Origin: an uncultured Gemmatimonadales bacterium
GTDB taxonomy: Bacteria; Gemmatimonadota; Gemmatimonadetes; Longimicrobiales; RSA9
Assembly (NCBI GenBank): GCA_963741945.1
Contig: CAVUKA010000007.1
Location: 32,001-96,000, forward strand
Direction of reading: 5' to 3'
Length of the DNA: 64,000 bases
Shown here: positions 19,611 to 29,744 of the stretch, piece after piece
Layout of the letters: each line of letters begins with the position of its first letter
Numbering within the stretch: the stretch's first letter is position 1
Notes under the pieces: model-generated
Databases searched by the model: none
What the model was told of the DNA's origin: nothing
Seen by the model: only the letters and a program-made list of their open reading frames with translations
Program-made: the position numbers and the translations under genes

Positions 19611-22600
19611 TCAGCTTCCGGCGACCACTGGCACCTCCGCTCCCTGTTCCGCCGGCACGACTGCGGGCGCTTCGTCTTCTGCCCGCTTCAGCCCCCATTC
19701 CCGCCACAGCGAGTAGATGACCGGGATGACGAGCATGGTCAGCAGGGTGGCACTGATCATTCCGCCCACCATGGGCGCGGCGATGCGCTTCATGACGCTG
19801 GCGCCGGTGCCGTTCCCCCAGAGGATCGGGAGCAGGCCGCCGATGACGGCGGTGGCCGTCATGACCACGGGCCGCAGCCGCTGGCCGGCTCCCTCGCGCA
19901 CGGCCTGGAGGAGCTCGAGTCGGCCCCGCAGCCGTCCGCTCGCTCGCCGTTTCTCGTACGCCTGATCCAGGTAGACCAGCATGACCACGCCGATCTCCGA
20001 AGCCACGCCGGCGAGCGCGATGAAGCCGATGATGGAGGCCACGGACCAGTTGTAGCCGGCGAGCCACATGAGGAGCACCCCGCCCACCAGGGCGAAGGGG
20101 AGGCTCAGCATGACGATGAGCGTCTCGCCCACGCTGCCGAAGTTGAAATAGAGGAGCAGGAAGATGATGAGGAGCGTGGCGGGGACCACGAGCTGGAGCT
20201 TCTGCTTCGCCCGCTGCATGTACTCGTACTGTCCCGACCACTGCAGCGTGTAGCCAGCCGGCAGCGTGACCATGTCCTTCACCATGGCCTGCACGTCTTT
20301 CACGTAGCTGCCAATGTCGCGGTCGCCCACGTCGAGGAACACCCAGGCGGTGGGGAACGCGCCTTCGGTCTTGATCACCATGGGCCCGCTGGTCCGGCGG
20401 ATGGTGGCCACCTCACCCAGCGGCACCTGGGCGACGCCCGCGCTCGTCGTGGCGCCGGCTCCGCCCGCGCCCGCGGCACCAGCCATGTCCATGCCGGCCA
20501 TGGCGGCGGAGCCGCCGGCCGCCGTGCCGCCGCGCCGCGCGGCGACGGGGATGAGGAGGTCTGCGAGCTTCTCGGGCTGATCGCGCAGCTCCTGGGGGTA
20601 GCGGAGTCGCACACCATACCGCTCGCGCCCCTCGATGGTCTGGGTGATGGTCATGCCGCCCACGGCGGAGGCGAGGACCATCTGGATGTCCTGGACGTTG
20701 AGGCCATAGCGGGCGGCGGCCGCACGGTCGATGTCCACGTCCAGGTAGTAGCCGCTGACCGCGCGCTCGGCGAAGGCGCTGCGTGTGCCCGGCACCATCT
20801 TCGCCGCCTGCTCGACCTCCTTGCCGATGCGGGCGAGCTCGTTCAGGTCGGGCCCGAAGACCTTGACGCCGACGGGGGTGCGGATGCCGGTGGCGAGCAT
20901 GTCGATGCGACCCTTGATGGGCATGGTCCAGGAGTTGGTCACGCCCGGGAAGTCCAGCGCCCGGTCCATCTCACGGACGAGCTCGTCGTACGTCATCCCC
21001 TCCCGCCACTCGTCCTCCGGCTTGAGCACGATGGTGGTCTCGAACATGGCCAGCGGCGCCGGGTCCGTGGCCGTGGTGGCGCGTCCGGCCTTGCCGAACA
21101 CGCTCTTCACCTCGGGGAACGACTTGAGGATGCTGTCCTGCTTGATGAGCGTCTGACGCGCGGTGGCCACGCTCACGCCCGGCAGCGTGGTGGGCATGTA
21201 GAGGATGGTGCCCTCGTTCAGCGGCGGCATGAACTCGCTGCCGATTCGGCTGTAGGGGATGAACGTGAGCATCAGCACCGCCACGGCGCCGGCGATCACG
21301 GGCCAGCGCCGCATCAGGACCCAGTCCAGCGCCGGCCGGTAAAGGCGGCCGAGCACGCGGGAGATGGGGTTCTTCTCCTCCTTGTGGATCCGCCCGCGGA
21401 TGAACACCCCCATGGCCACGGGCACCAGCGTAACCGAAAGCAGGCTGGCGGCGGCCATGGACAGCGTCTTGGTCCACGCCAGCGGCTTGAACATCCGCCC
21501 TTCCTGCGCCTGCAGCGTGAACACGGGGAGGAAGCTCACCGTGATGATGAGCAGGCTGAAGAACAGTGCCGGCCCCACTTCCTTGGCCGACTCCACCACC
21601 ACCTGCCACCGCTCCTGCGTGGTCAGGATGCCGGTGTGAAGCCTGTCGCCGCCGGGGAGCGGGTGGCCATCCGCCGCGGCGCGCGCCCGCTTCTCCTCCA
21701 CCGCCCGCTCGAGGTGCTTGTGCATGTTCTCGATCATGACGATGGCCGCGTCGATCATGGCGCCGATGGCGATGGCGATCCCGCCCAGGCTCATGATGTC
21801 GGCACCGATCCCCAGCAGGTGCATGGCGATGAACGCCATGAGGATGCCCACGGGCAGCGTGATGATGGCCACCAGCGCGCTGCGGGCGTGGAAGAGGAAG
21901 AGGATGGAGACAAGCGCCACGATGAGCGACTCCTCCAGCAGCTTCTCCTTGAGCGTGCCGATGGCGTCCAGAATGAGGCCGGAGCGGTCGTAGACGGGGG
22001 TGATCGTCAGCCCGTCGGGGAGGCCGCCCTCGATCTCCGTGATCTTCTCCTTCACCCGCTCGATGGTGGCCAGCGCGTTCTCGCCGTAGCGCATGACCAC
22101 GATCCCGCCCACCACGTCGCCGCGCCCGTCCAGGTCGGCCACGCCCCGCCGAACGTCGGGGGCGAGGCCCACGGTGCCGATGTCGGCCACGCGGATGGGA
22201 GTGCCGCCGTCCGTGGCGCCCACCACCACGTTCTCGATGTCGTCGATGCCCTTCAGGTAGCCGAGGCCGCGGATCAGGAACTCCCGCTCACTGAGCTCCA
22301 TCATCATGGCGCCCACGTCCTGGTTGGAGGACTTCACGGCGCTCATGACCCGCGTCACGGGGATGCCGTAGCCCCGGAGCTTCACGGGGTCCACGGTGAT
22401 CTGGTACGTCTTCTCGAACCCGCCGATGCTCGCCACCTCGCTCACGCCCGGGAACGGCCGTGAGCTGATAGCGGAGGTACCAGTCCTGGTAAGCGCGGAG
22501 ATCGGCCAGCGAGCGCTTCCCCGTCTCGTCCTCCAGCACGTACTGGTAGACCCAGCCGAGGCCGGTGGCGTCGGGGCCGAGCTGCGAGTCGGCGCCGGCG

Positions 22601-22965
22601 GGCAGCTTGCCGCGGATCGCCGACAGGTACTCCAGCACGCGGCTGCGGGCCCAGTACAGGTCGGTCCTGTCGTTGAAGATGACGTAGACGAACGACGTGC
22701 CGAAGAACGAGTAGCCGCGCACCGTCTCCGCGCCCGGCACCTTCAGCATCTCCGACGCCACCGGGTAGGTGATCTGGTCCTCGATGATCTGCGGCGCCTG
22801 CCCGGCGTAGTCGGTGCGCACGATCACCTGCACGTCGCTCAGGTCCGGCAGCGCCTCCAGCGGCATGCTGCGCATGGCCAGGATCCCGCCCACCACCACG
22901 AAGGCGGTGAAGATGGCCAGGATGAACTTGTTCGCGACGGACCACTCGATGATTCGCTTCAGCAT
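19611..22965 (-). pseudogene. cusA: CusA/SilA heavy-metal RND pump split by a +1 frameshift at about 22446-22452 (possibly a sequencing error)
   Basis: The N-part (MLKRIIEWS..LPDLSDVQV..YQLTAVPG) continues in another frame as VSEVASIGG..IDAAIVMIEN..MKRIAAPMVGG. Removing one base gives about 1117 aa. Confidence 0.88.
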
Positions 22966-22967
22966 GG

Positions 22968-24191
22968 TCACTTGCCGCCCATGTCCATGGCCGGTGCGGC
23001 CGCGTCGTCGTCGCCAGGGGCGCCCATGTCCATGCCGGGCATGCTCCCCATGGACGCGCCCAGGTTGGACTCGGCGTCGATGAGGAAGCTGGCGGACGTG
23101 ACCACCTGCTGGCCTTCTTCGAGCCCGCTGACGATCTCAATGTCGTCGCCGGAGACGAGGCCGGTGATGACGTCGTGGGGCATGAGGGTGCCGTCGGGGT
23201 GGCGGACGAACGCCACGGCGCGCTGCCCGGTGAAGAGGACGGCCGTGCGGGGGACGGTGAGCGCCACGCGGGGGGATGCCACCTGGAGGCGGATGCCGGC
23301 GTACATGCCGGGCCGCAGGCGGAGCCCAGGGTTGTCCAGCACCACGCGCACCCGCCCGGTGCGCGACTGCATGGAAACCGACGGATAGACGTACGTGACC
23401 GTGCCCTGGAATGCCTCGCCCGGGTAGGCCTGGAACGTCACCGTGGCCGGCTGGCCCTCCGTCGCCAGCGACAGGTCCTTCTCGAAGACCTCCCCCTCCA
23501 CCCAGACGCGGGAGAGGTCCGCGATCTTGAAGACGTCCATGCCCGGCATGATCCGGGCGCCCTCCACCACGTTCTTCTCGACGACGATGCCGCTGGCGGG
23601 CGCCCGGAGCGTCAGCGTCTTCCGGGGCTCGCCCGCCTTCTCCACGGCCGCGATCTCGCTGGCCGGGATGTCCCAGTAGGCCAGGCGACGCCGGGCGGAG
23701 GCGAGCAGGTCGTCGGCGTTCTTCTTCGACCGACCGTCCGTGGCCCCGTCCGCCAGCTTCCGGGCCAGGATCAGCTCCTCCTGCGCGGCGACCAGCATGG
23801 GGCTGTAGACCTCCAGCATCGGCTGCCCCTTCCGCACGGGGGCGCCAGTGAAGTTCACGTTCAGCTTCTCCACCCATCCCTCGATCTTGGGGCTGAGGTT
23901 GGCGAGGCGGGTCTCGTCGTACTGGACGGTGCCCACCGTGCGGACCTCGGCCGCCAGCGGCTTCCGGGTCACGGGCGCGTACGTCACGCCGATGGTGCGC
24001 GCGGCCGTGGGCGTGATCGTCACCGGGTTGAGCTGGTCGCCTTCGCCACCGCCGGCCATGGCCGCGTGGTTGTGGCCCTCCATCCCGGCCGCCTGCTCCG
24101 GCGGGGCCGAACGGACGTGGTAGAAGCCCACCGCGCCCGCGGCCAGCACGAGCAGGAGGATCGAGTACAGGATCTGCTTCTTCGTGCTCAT
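22968..24191 (-). CDS. cusB: CusB-type periplasmic adaptor of heavy-metal RND efflux
   Basis: GWVEKLNVNFTG, YSPMLVAAQEE, LRPGMYA and FLIDAESNL motifs, plus a Met-rich tail. Confidence 0.88.
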   Translation of the reverse strand: MSTKKQILYSILLLVLAAGAVGFYHVRSAPPEQAAGMEGHNHAAMAGGGEGDQLNPVTITPTAARTIGVTYAPVTRKPLAAEVRTVGTVQYDETRLANLSPKIEGWVEKLNVNFTGAPVRKGQPMLEVYSPMLVAAQEELILARKLADGATDGRSKKNADDLLASARRRLAYWDIPASEIAAVEKAGEPRKTLTLRAPASGIVVEKNVVEGARIMPGMDVFKIADLSRVWVEGEVFEKDLSLATEGQPATVTFQAYPGEAFQGTVTYVYPSVSMQSRTGRVRVVLDNPGLRLRPGMYAGIRLQVASPRVALTVPRTAVLFTGQRAVAFVRHPDGTLMPHDVITGLVSGDDIEIVSGLEEGQQVVTSASFLIDAESNLGASMGSMPGMDMGAPGDDDAAAPAMDMGGK

Positions 24192-25540
24192 CGGGCCTCC
24201 GCCATCAGGTTGGTGGCGGCGGGCAGCTCCCGCCCCACGGTCGTCTCCAGGCTCGCCACCGCGCGGCCATAGTCGGCCACCATGGTGTAGAGCTCCTGCT
24301 TGTAGCGGTTCGCGGTCATCTGCGCGTCCAGCAGCGTCATGAAGTCCACCGTTCCCACGCGGTAGGAGGAGAACGCGGACTCCATGTTCGCGTCCGCCTG
24401 GGGGAGCACTTCTGCGCGGTACAGGGCGACCAGCGTCCGGGCACGCTCCAGCTCCGCCAGCAGCTCCCCGATGCGCGCGTCCACCTGCGCCCGCGTGCTC
24501 GCCAGCTCCGCCTGCGCCATGGCTTCCATGGCGGCCGCCTCATCCCGCAGCCGCAGCTGCCGGCTCTTCGCGAATACCGGGATGCTGAAGCCGACCATGG
24601 CGCTCCCCATCCGCGCCGTGCCGCCGTCGGCCGCGTCCCGCTGACCGTACTGCACGCCCACGGTGAAGTCCGGCCAGATCTGCTTCCGCGCCAGGTCCTC
24701 GCGCGTGTTCGCCTGTTCCACACCAGTCTTCGAGCGCAGGAGCAGCGGGCGGGTCTCCTCGGCCCAGGCGCGGAGCGTCTCCTGGTCCGGGGTGGTGTCG
24801 GGGAGGGAGGGAAGCACGGTCGCCGGCACGGGTGTTTCGGCCGGGCGATCCAGCACCGCGTTCAGCTTTGCCGCCGCCACTTTCCGCACCGCCACCATCC
24901 GCTGGATCTCCGCGTCCATGCGGGCCACTTCCACGTTGGCACGGAGCACGTCGCTCTGCCGCCCCGTTCCCGCGCCGTACATCGCCTGCGCCACCTGCTG
25001 AAAGTCCTTCAGCAGCCCCAGCGTCTCCCGCATCACCGCGAGCTTGTTGTCCACCTCGTAGATGCCGAAGAAGGCGGTGGCCGCCATGGAGCGGACTTCC
25101 CACCACTTCTCCTCCGCCCCCGCCCGCGCCATGGACGTGCCCTGTCTCGCGATCTTCCCGTTCAGCCCGAGCTTCCCGGGGAACGGCAGCATCTGCATGG
25201 CCTGGATGCTCGGCGCCATCGTCGTCGGCATGTCGAGGCCGAAGCCCGGCAGCGAGAAGTTCATCACGCCCAGCTGGAGCACGGGGTCCGGCGGCAGCCC
25301 CGCCGACGACTCCCGCGTCGCCGTTGCGTCCGCCACCGCCGAAGCCGCCCGCAGCATCGGGTTTCGCTCCCGCGCCAGCGCATAGACGTCCGCCAGCGAG
25401 AGGTTGTCGACCGCACTGCCGGCCGGTGCTGGCTCCGCCGTCGGGGCACTCTGCGCCGCAGCGCGGCCCGGCCTCGCAGCCAGCGCCGGGCTGAGCACCA
25501 GGGCGGCCGTCAGCACCCACCTCCTCCGTCGTCCATTCAT
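24188..25540 (-). CDS. TolC-family outer membrane protein of the Cus-type system
   Basis: Signal peptide, LPPDPVL and QMLPFPGK motifs; first gene of the tolC-cusB-cusA operon. Confidence 0.88.
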   Translation of the reverse strand: MNGRRRRWVLTAALVLSPALAARPGRAAAQSAPTAEPAPAGSAVDNLSLADVYALARERNPMLRAASAVADATATRESSAGLPPDPVLQLGVMNFSLPGFGLDMPTTMAPSIQAMQMLPFPGKLGLNGKIARQGTSMARAGAEEKWWEVRSMAATAFFGIYEVDNKLAVMRETLGLLKDFQQVAQAMYGAGTGRQSDVLRANVEVARMDAEIQRMVAVRKVAAAKLNAVLDRPAETPVPATVLPSLPDTTPDQETLRAWAEETRPLLLRSKTGVEQANTREDLARKQIWPDFTVGVQYGQRDAADGGTARMGSAMVGFSIPVFAKSRQLRLRDEAAAMEAMAQAELASTRAQVDARIGELLAELERARTLVALYRAEVLPQADANMESAFSSYRVGTVDFMTLLDAQMTANRYKQELYTMVADYGRAVASLETTVGRELPAATNLMAEAR

Positions 25541-25755
25541 CCGGCCCGACTCTCCAGGTCACGGGGACTCGCGTATCGGAGGAATGTGTCGGGTAGTCGA
25601 ATGAAGGGAGGCTTAACCGCTCATGAAGAAGACTTCACGGAGCTTCACCGACAGCGCGACGCCGTTCGTGCCGGTGAGGTCCTTGCCGCACCGCACGAAC
25701 GAGTGAATAGTCGTGTATTCTCGCCCGGACCCGCAGCCCCAACAGGATCGACACC

Positions 25756-26397
25756 ATGGTCGCACGTCCGACCGTCCCGGCCCGCCGACGGCGGGCTCTG
25801 CTGTTACTGGCGCTCGGTATCCTCCTCTTCGCCGCGGCCAGGCGGATCGGGATCTCCGACAATCTCCCGGGATTGATCCTGCTGCTCCTGGGCGTCGCCG
25901 TGCTGATGCTGGTGCCCATCCAGCAGTGGGGGATCCGGGGCGCCACGGCCGTGGTGGGCAGTGGTGTCGGTTTCCTGGTCGGCGCGCTTCCCGGCGTCAA
26001 GCTCGGGCTCGTCGCTGGGGTGCCGCCAGTCGCCTGCCCCGACTGCCGAGCCGACATGCAGTACATGTTGATCGGCGGCTTCCTGGGAATGGCGCTGCTC
26101 ACGCCACTCGCCGTCCATCTGCTGAGCCAGCAGCGGGTCGGCCGGGCCTCCGCGTACCTCCGGTCCATCGTCATCAGCGCCGTGGGGCTCGGCGTGCTCT
26201 TTCTGGGGATCGCAGCACAGCTTCCCTTTCTCCAGGGGATCGCTTTCCTGTTCACTCCGCTGGCGCTGGTGGCCAGCGCGGCCGGGCCGAGCCGGGCCCC
26301 GAACGATTCCGGGCTCGGTTCGCATGCCAGTGTCGGAGCCGATTCCGGGGCCGCCGGGCCGACGGCGTCCTCTCCTCGCGAAGCCCGGCTCCCGTGA
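25756..26397 (+). CDS. Hypothetical membrane protein (about 6 TM) with a CPDC loop
   Basis: Multiple hydrophobic stretches; AGGA upstream; divergent from the cus operon. Confidence 0.6.
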   Translation: MVARPTVPARRRRALLLLALGILLFAAARRIGISDNLPGLILLLLGVAVLMLVPIQQWGIRGATAVVGSGVGFLVGALPGVKLGLVAGVPPVACPDCRADMQYMLIGGFLGMALLTPLAVHLLSQQRVGRASAYLRSIVISAVGLGVLFLGIAAQLPFLQGIAFLFTPLALVASAAGPSRAPNDSGLGSHASVGADSGAAGPTASSPREARLP

Positions 26398-26681
26398 AGA
26401 GGTGAAGCGCCCCCTGCAGCGCGTCGAAGGAGTGGCGGCTGGCCATGGACGCGCGGTCGTCCAGGATACGCCCATTCTCCCGCGCGGCCACGGCCACACG
26501 TCGCGAGATCGTTTCGTTCTGGCCCGTTGGCGCGCTCTCGTGGCGCGTCAACGTGCCAAAACCGTGCAATGGGCGGCATGCGGTGTGCCCACGGCTGGTG
26601 GTGCGGCCAAACGCTTCCGCGGCCGACGCGCGCGCAGCGCGAGACACTGCCCCGGCGGGAGCGTTCACGACGCCACAACCG

Positions 26682-27986
26682 ATGAAAGAAGTCCTGACGC
26701 GCCAGCGGTTCTTTCAGGCGAGCAGCCGGCTCACGGATCACTTCCCCCGATATGGTGCCCGAGCCCTGAACACCCTGGTCGGCGCCGCGGTCGGAAACCC
26801 CCTGCTGCTCGCCCACGAAGCGGCGGGCGCGCGCGCTGCGCTCCACCGGGCCGCTGCCCTGGACCGGCTGCTGGTGGTTGCCGACCTCAACATCGGCGAT
26901 GCCGTGATGATGCAGGCCGCCATCGCCGCGATCCGGGACTTCCTGCCCGACGCCGAGATCGACTACGCGATCTCGCGCCTCGCCCGACCGCTCATCCAGG
27001 GGGCCGCAGAGAACGCGACGCTCCGTCCCATCTTCGGCAGCGGACTGCCGGAGCCGCGGGATGCGCGCGCCGTGCGCCGGCTTGCCGAGGCCCGTGGCTA
27101 CGACGTGATCTTCAACTTCTGCCACTTCTTCAATCCGCGCGCGCTCGCTCCGACGGGAATGCCGGTCGTACCCGCCGACGCCCTGGCGCTGATGCTGATG
27201 CGGACCAGGCGATCATCGAACGCGGTGGCGCACATCACCTTTCAAGCGTACCGCTTCGTTCATCAGCTCCTTGGGGGCCTGCTCGCTCCGACGCGGACCG
27301 GACCATTTTCCGGCGTGGCCGTGCACCTCTCGACACGGGCGGCGGAGCGTGCGGCCGACTTCCTGGACAGGCGACACGGCGGTCCCGAGCCGCTGGTCAT
27401 GCTCAATCCCGATGCCTCCTCCCGCTTCACGCGTCCGCCTCTCGATCTTCAGGTCAGCCTGCTGAAGCGGCTGCTCAGTCTCCCGGTCACCGTGATACTG
27501 GGCGCCGGTCATACGTGGCCCGGAATCGAACAGCGCCTGTTGACATCGCTGCGGCCCACGCAGCGCGACAGGGTCCGGGTGCTCCCGGCCTCGATGCCGC
27601 TCGATGGTTACACCGCGCTGACCGATGCCTGCGACATCTTCATCACGGGCGACACGGGGCCCCTGCATCTCGCCGCCGCGCGCAAGGAGGGTGGAGGCCG
27701 CGCGGTGGCGTGGCGGAACCGGACGGCGATCGTTTCCATTTTTGGTGCGACTCCCGTCCGCGTCTATGGCTACGCGTCCGGACGGCCCGGGTTCCTTCCG
27801 GCCAACCAGCGGGCGCCGTCATTCGCGCACGTGGCCCCGAGTCCTTGTCGGAACCTGACCTGCATCCACAAGCACGCGAAACGCTGCCGCGCGGTCCGGT
27901 GCTTCGAGCACCTGGACGTGGAGAACGTGCTGGCGGACGTGCGGCGTGTGTTGAGCGGAGCGTCCTCGCCCGTGGACGCGGAATGA
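26682..27986 (+). CDS. Glycosyltransferase family 9 (heptosyltransferase-like)
   Basis: NIGDAVM, FITGDTGPLHLAAA and VSIFGAT motifs, plus a C-terminal Cys cluster. Start is uncertain. Confidence 0.85.
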   Translation: MKEVLTRQRFFQASSRLTDHFPRYGARALNTLVGAAVGNPLLLAHEAAGARAALHRAAALDRLLVVADLNIGDAVMMQAAIAAIRDFLPDAEIDYAISRLARPLIQGAAENATLRPIFGSGLPEPRDARAVRRLAEARGYDVIFNFCHFFNPRALAPTGMPVVPADALALMLMRTRRSSNAVAHITFQAYRFVHQLLGGLLAPTRTGPFSGVAVHLSTRAAERAADFLDRRHGGPEPLVMLNPDASSRFTRPPLDLQVSLLKRLLSLPVTVILGAGHTWPGIEQRLLTSLRPTQRDRVRVLPASMPLDGYTALTDACDIFITGDTGPLHLAAARKEGGGRAVAWRNRTAIVSIFGATPVRVYGYASGRPGFLPANQRAPSFAHVAPSPCRNLTCIHKHAKRCRAVRCFEHLDVENVLADVRRVLSGASSPVDAE

Positions 27987-27999
27987 CGTCGTCGCGCGT

Positions 28000-28989
28000 T
28001 CAGGCGCGCTCGCGTTCCCGTTTTCTGATCCGCTGCCAGAGCACCAGCGCGGGCGCTCCGAAGACGATGTCGCGGATGCGCTTGATGATGGCCACGCCCA
28101 CGCCGAGCGCGGAGCTCAGGCCGATGGCGCGGGCGCCGAGAAGATAGCCGCCCTCCGCGGCGCCGAGCGACGCCGGCAGGAAGAAGCCCGCGTTGTGAGC
28201 CGCCGCACCGATCGATTCGAAGATCCAGCCGTCCATCGGTCCGACCGAATGCCCCAGGATCCACAGGACCAGGACCATCTCCGCCCCGCCGTATACCCAG
28301 GCGGCGAAATGCCAGACAGCGCTCCGAAAAAAGGCTCGGCGGTTCTGGTAGACGCGTTGCAGCCGCTCACCCGCCTCTTCGGCCTGGCCGGCGAATTCAC
28401 GCCAATGGTCGCTGCGCGCCCACTTCCACAGCAGGTGCGCGATCTTCTGCAATCCCCCGTGCCGCTGAGCATAGTAGTACCCGCCGAGGAAGACGAAGAG
28501 CAGCAGGCTGGTCCCCCCCGCGATCAGCCACACGTGTGGCCGCCCACTGACCAGGAAGAGGATCATGCCAACGGACACGAACACGGCCAGCGACACCATG
28601 CGGGCAGTCAGGTCCACGATGATCACCGCGGCCGCCATGGGGCCGTCGACGTCGGTCTCCTTCGCCTGGAGATAGCCGCGCAGCACCTCTCCGTCCGCGG
28701 CGAGGAACGGAGTGAGCGCGTTCGCGGCATCGGCGATCCAGCGGAAGCGGAAGATCTCCCAGAATGGTGCATCGATCTCGACGCCCAGCAGCAGCGAGCG
28801 CCAGGCCCGCGTGAGCAAGTAGACGAAAACCGCGTGGACCAGGGCGAGGACCGGGATCCACCAGCCCGTGGTCAGGACGATGTGCCAGACCCTGGACGGA
28901 TTGGCGATCAGGAGCAGGCCCACGATCGCGCCCATTCCGGCCGCGGCCCCGACCACCAGGGCCAGATGACTGCGCAGCCACTGCTTCAT
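28000..28989 (-). CDS. Lysylphosphatidylglycerol synthase TM-domain / HpnL-like putative flippase
   Basis: AWRSLL, RWIADAANALTP..GEVLR and PASLGAAEGGY..KRIRD motifs. Confidence 0.8.
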   Translation of the reverse strand: MKQWLRSHLALVVGAAAGMGAIVGLLLIANPSRVWHIVLTTGWWIPVLALVHAVFVYLLTRAWRSLLLGVEIDAPFWEIFRFRWIADAANALTPFLAADGEVLRGYLQAKETDVDGPMAAAVIIVDLTARMVSLAVFVSVGMILFLVSGRPHVWLIAGGTSLLLFVFLGGYYYAQRHGGLQKIAHLLWKWARSDHWREFAGQAEEAGERLQRVYQNRRAFFRSAVWHFAAWVYGGAEMVLVLWILGHSVGPMDGWIFESIGAAAHNAGFFLPASLGAAEGGYLLGARAIGLSSALGVGVAIIKRIRDIVFGAPALVLWQRIRKRERERA

Positions 28990-29461
28990 GACGGGCAGGC
29001 GGGGGCGAGAGGGCGCCCCCACGGCAGGCGTCCGCCGCTGTCACAGATCCGACCGTCCTCCATCGCGCATCACTCCAGGTGTCGGGCCATGGCATCGCGG
29101 GAGCGGCGCAGGCCACGGCCGCCCCACCCGCAACAGCCGCGCCCGCAGCTGCCTCCGGCCCCCCGCGCGTCCGGGAGCGCTGGCCGCCAGCGCGGGATGT
29201 CACGAGGAGGAGGAGGAGGAGGGTCCGGGTCGATTTCGGCGCGGCCGGCGCTGAGCGGAACGGCCGGCGGACTCAAGAGGCTGCCGTTGATTGACGCATG
29301 TTCTTGAGCCGCACCATGGGCGCCCGTAGCGGATGCTGAGAAGCTACCGGGCGCTTCGTCCGTCAGGCGGCGCACCGCGCGCAGGACGTACGCGCCATCG
29401 GCGGCCGCGGGTTGGCAATGTGGAGTGGTTGCCGGCTCGATTGCCGGACTCCCGGTCGTCA

Positions 29462-29644
29462 ATCACGCTCCAAGTCATCCACGGGGCGGCCGACAGGCAC
29501 CTCTGGTCTCGGAGCTACCGGCGGCCGCTGCGAGACATCCTGAGCCTGCAGGCGGAGGTCGCCCGGGCCATCGCCAATGAAATAGGGGCCGCCCTCATTC
29601 CGGCGGCCCGGGGGCGCCTCACGGCGGCGCAACCGGTGGACCCG
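29462..29644 (+). pseudogene. Internal fragment of a TolB-N-like domain (as in kinase/cyclase-TPR proteins)
   Basis: ITLQVIHGAADRHLWSRSYRRPLRDILSLQAEVARAIANEI..PVDP. No start or N-terminal half, and the downstream TPR region is absent. Confidence 0.7.
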
Positions 29645-29744
29645 GCTCTACCCTTTTTCGCCGTGGCAGCGCTGGGCGTATGGGGCGTGGCGCGTCTGAC
29701 CCCGTGACGGGAGCAAGACACGTGACACTGGGTGAAGCTTGCCC

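Noticed and set aside
22288-22971. Programmed frameshift or naturally split cusA
   Set aside because: The break falls in the middle of the periplasmic domain, there is no canonical X XXY YYZ slippery heptamer, and similar indels elsewhere point to sequencing error.
29204-29221. (GAG)6 microsatellite
   Set aside because: It is short, intergenic and not linked to a credible ORF or promoter, with no evidence of phase variation.
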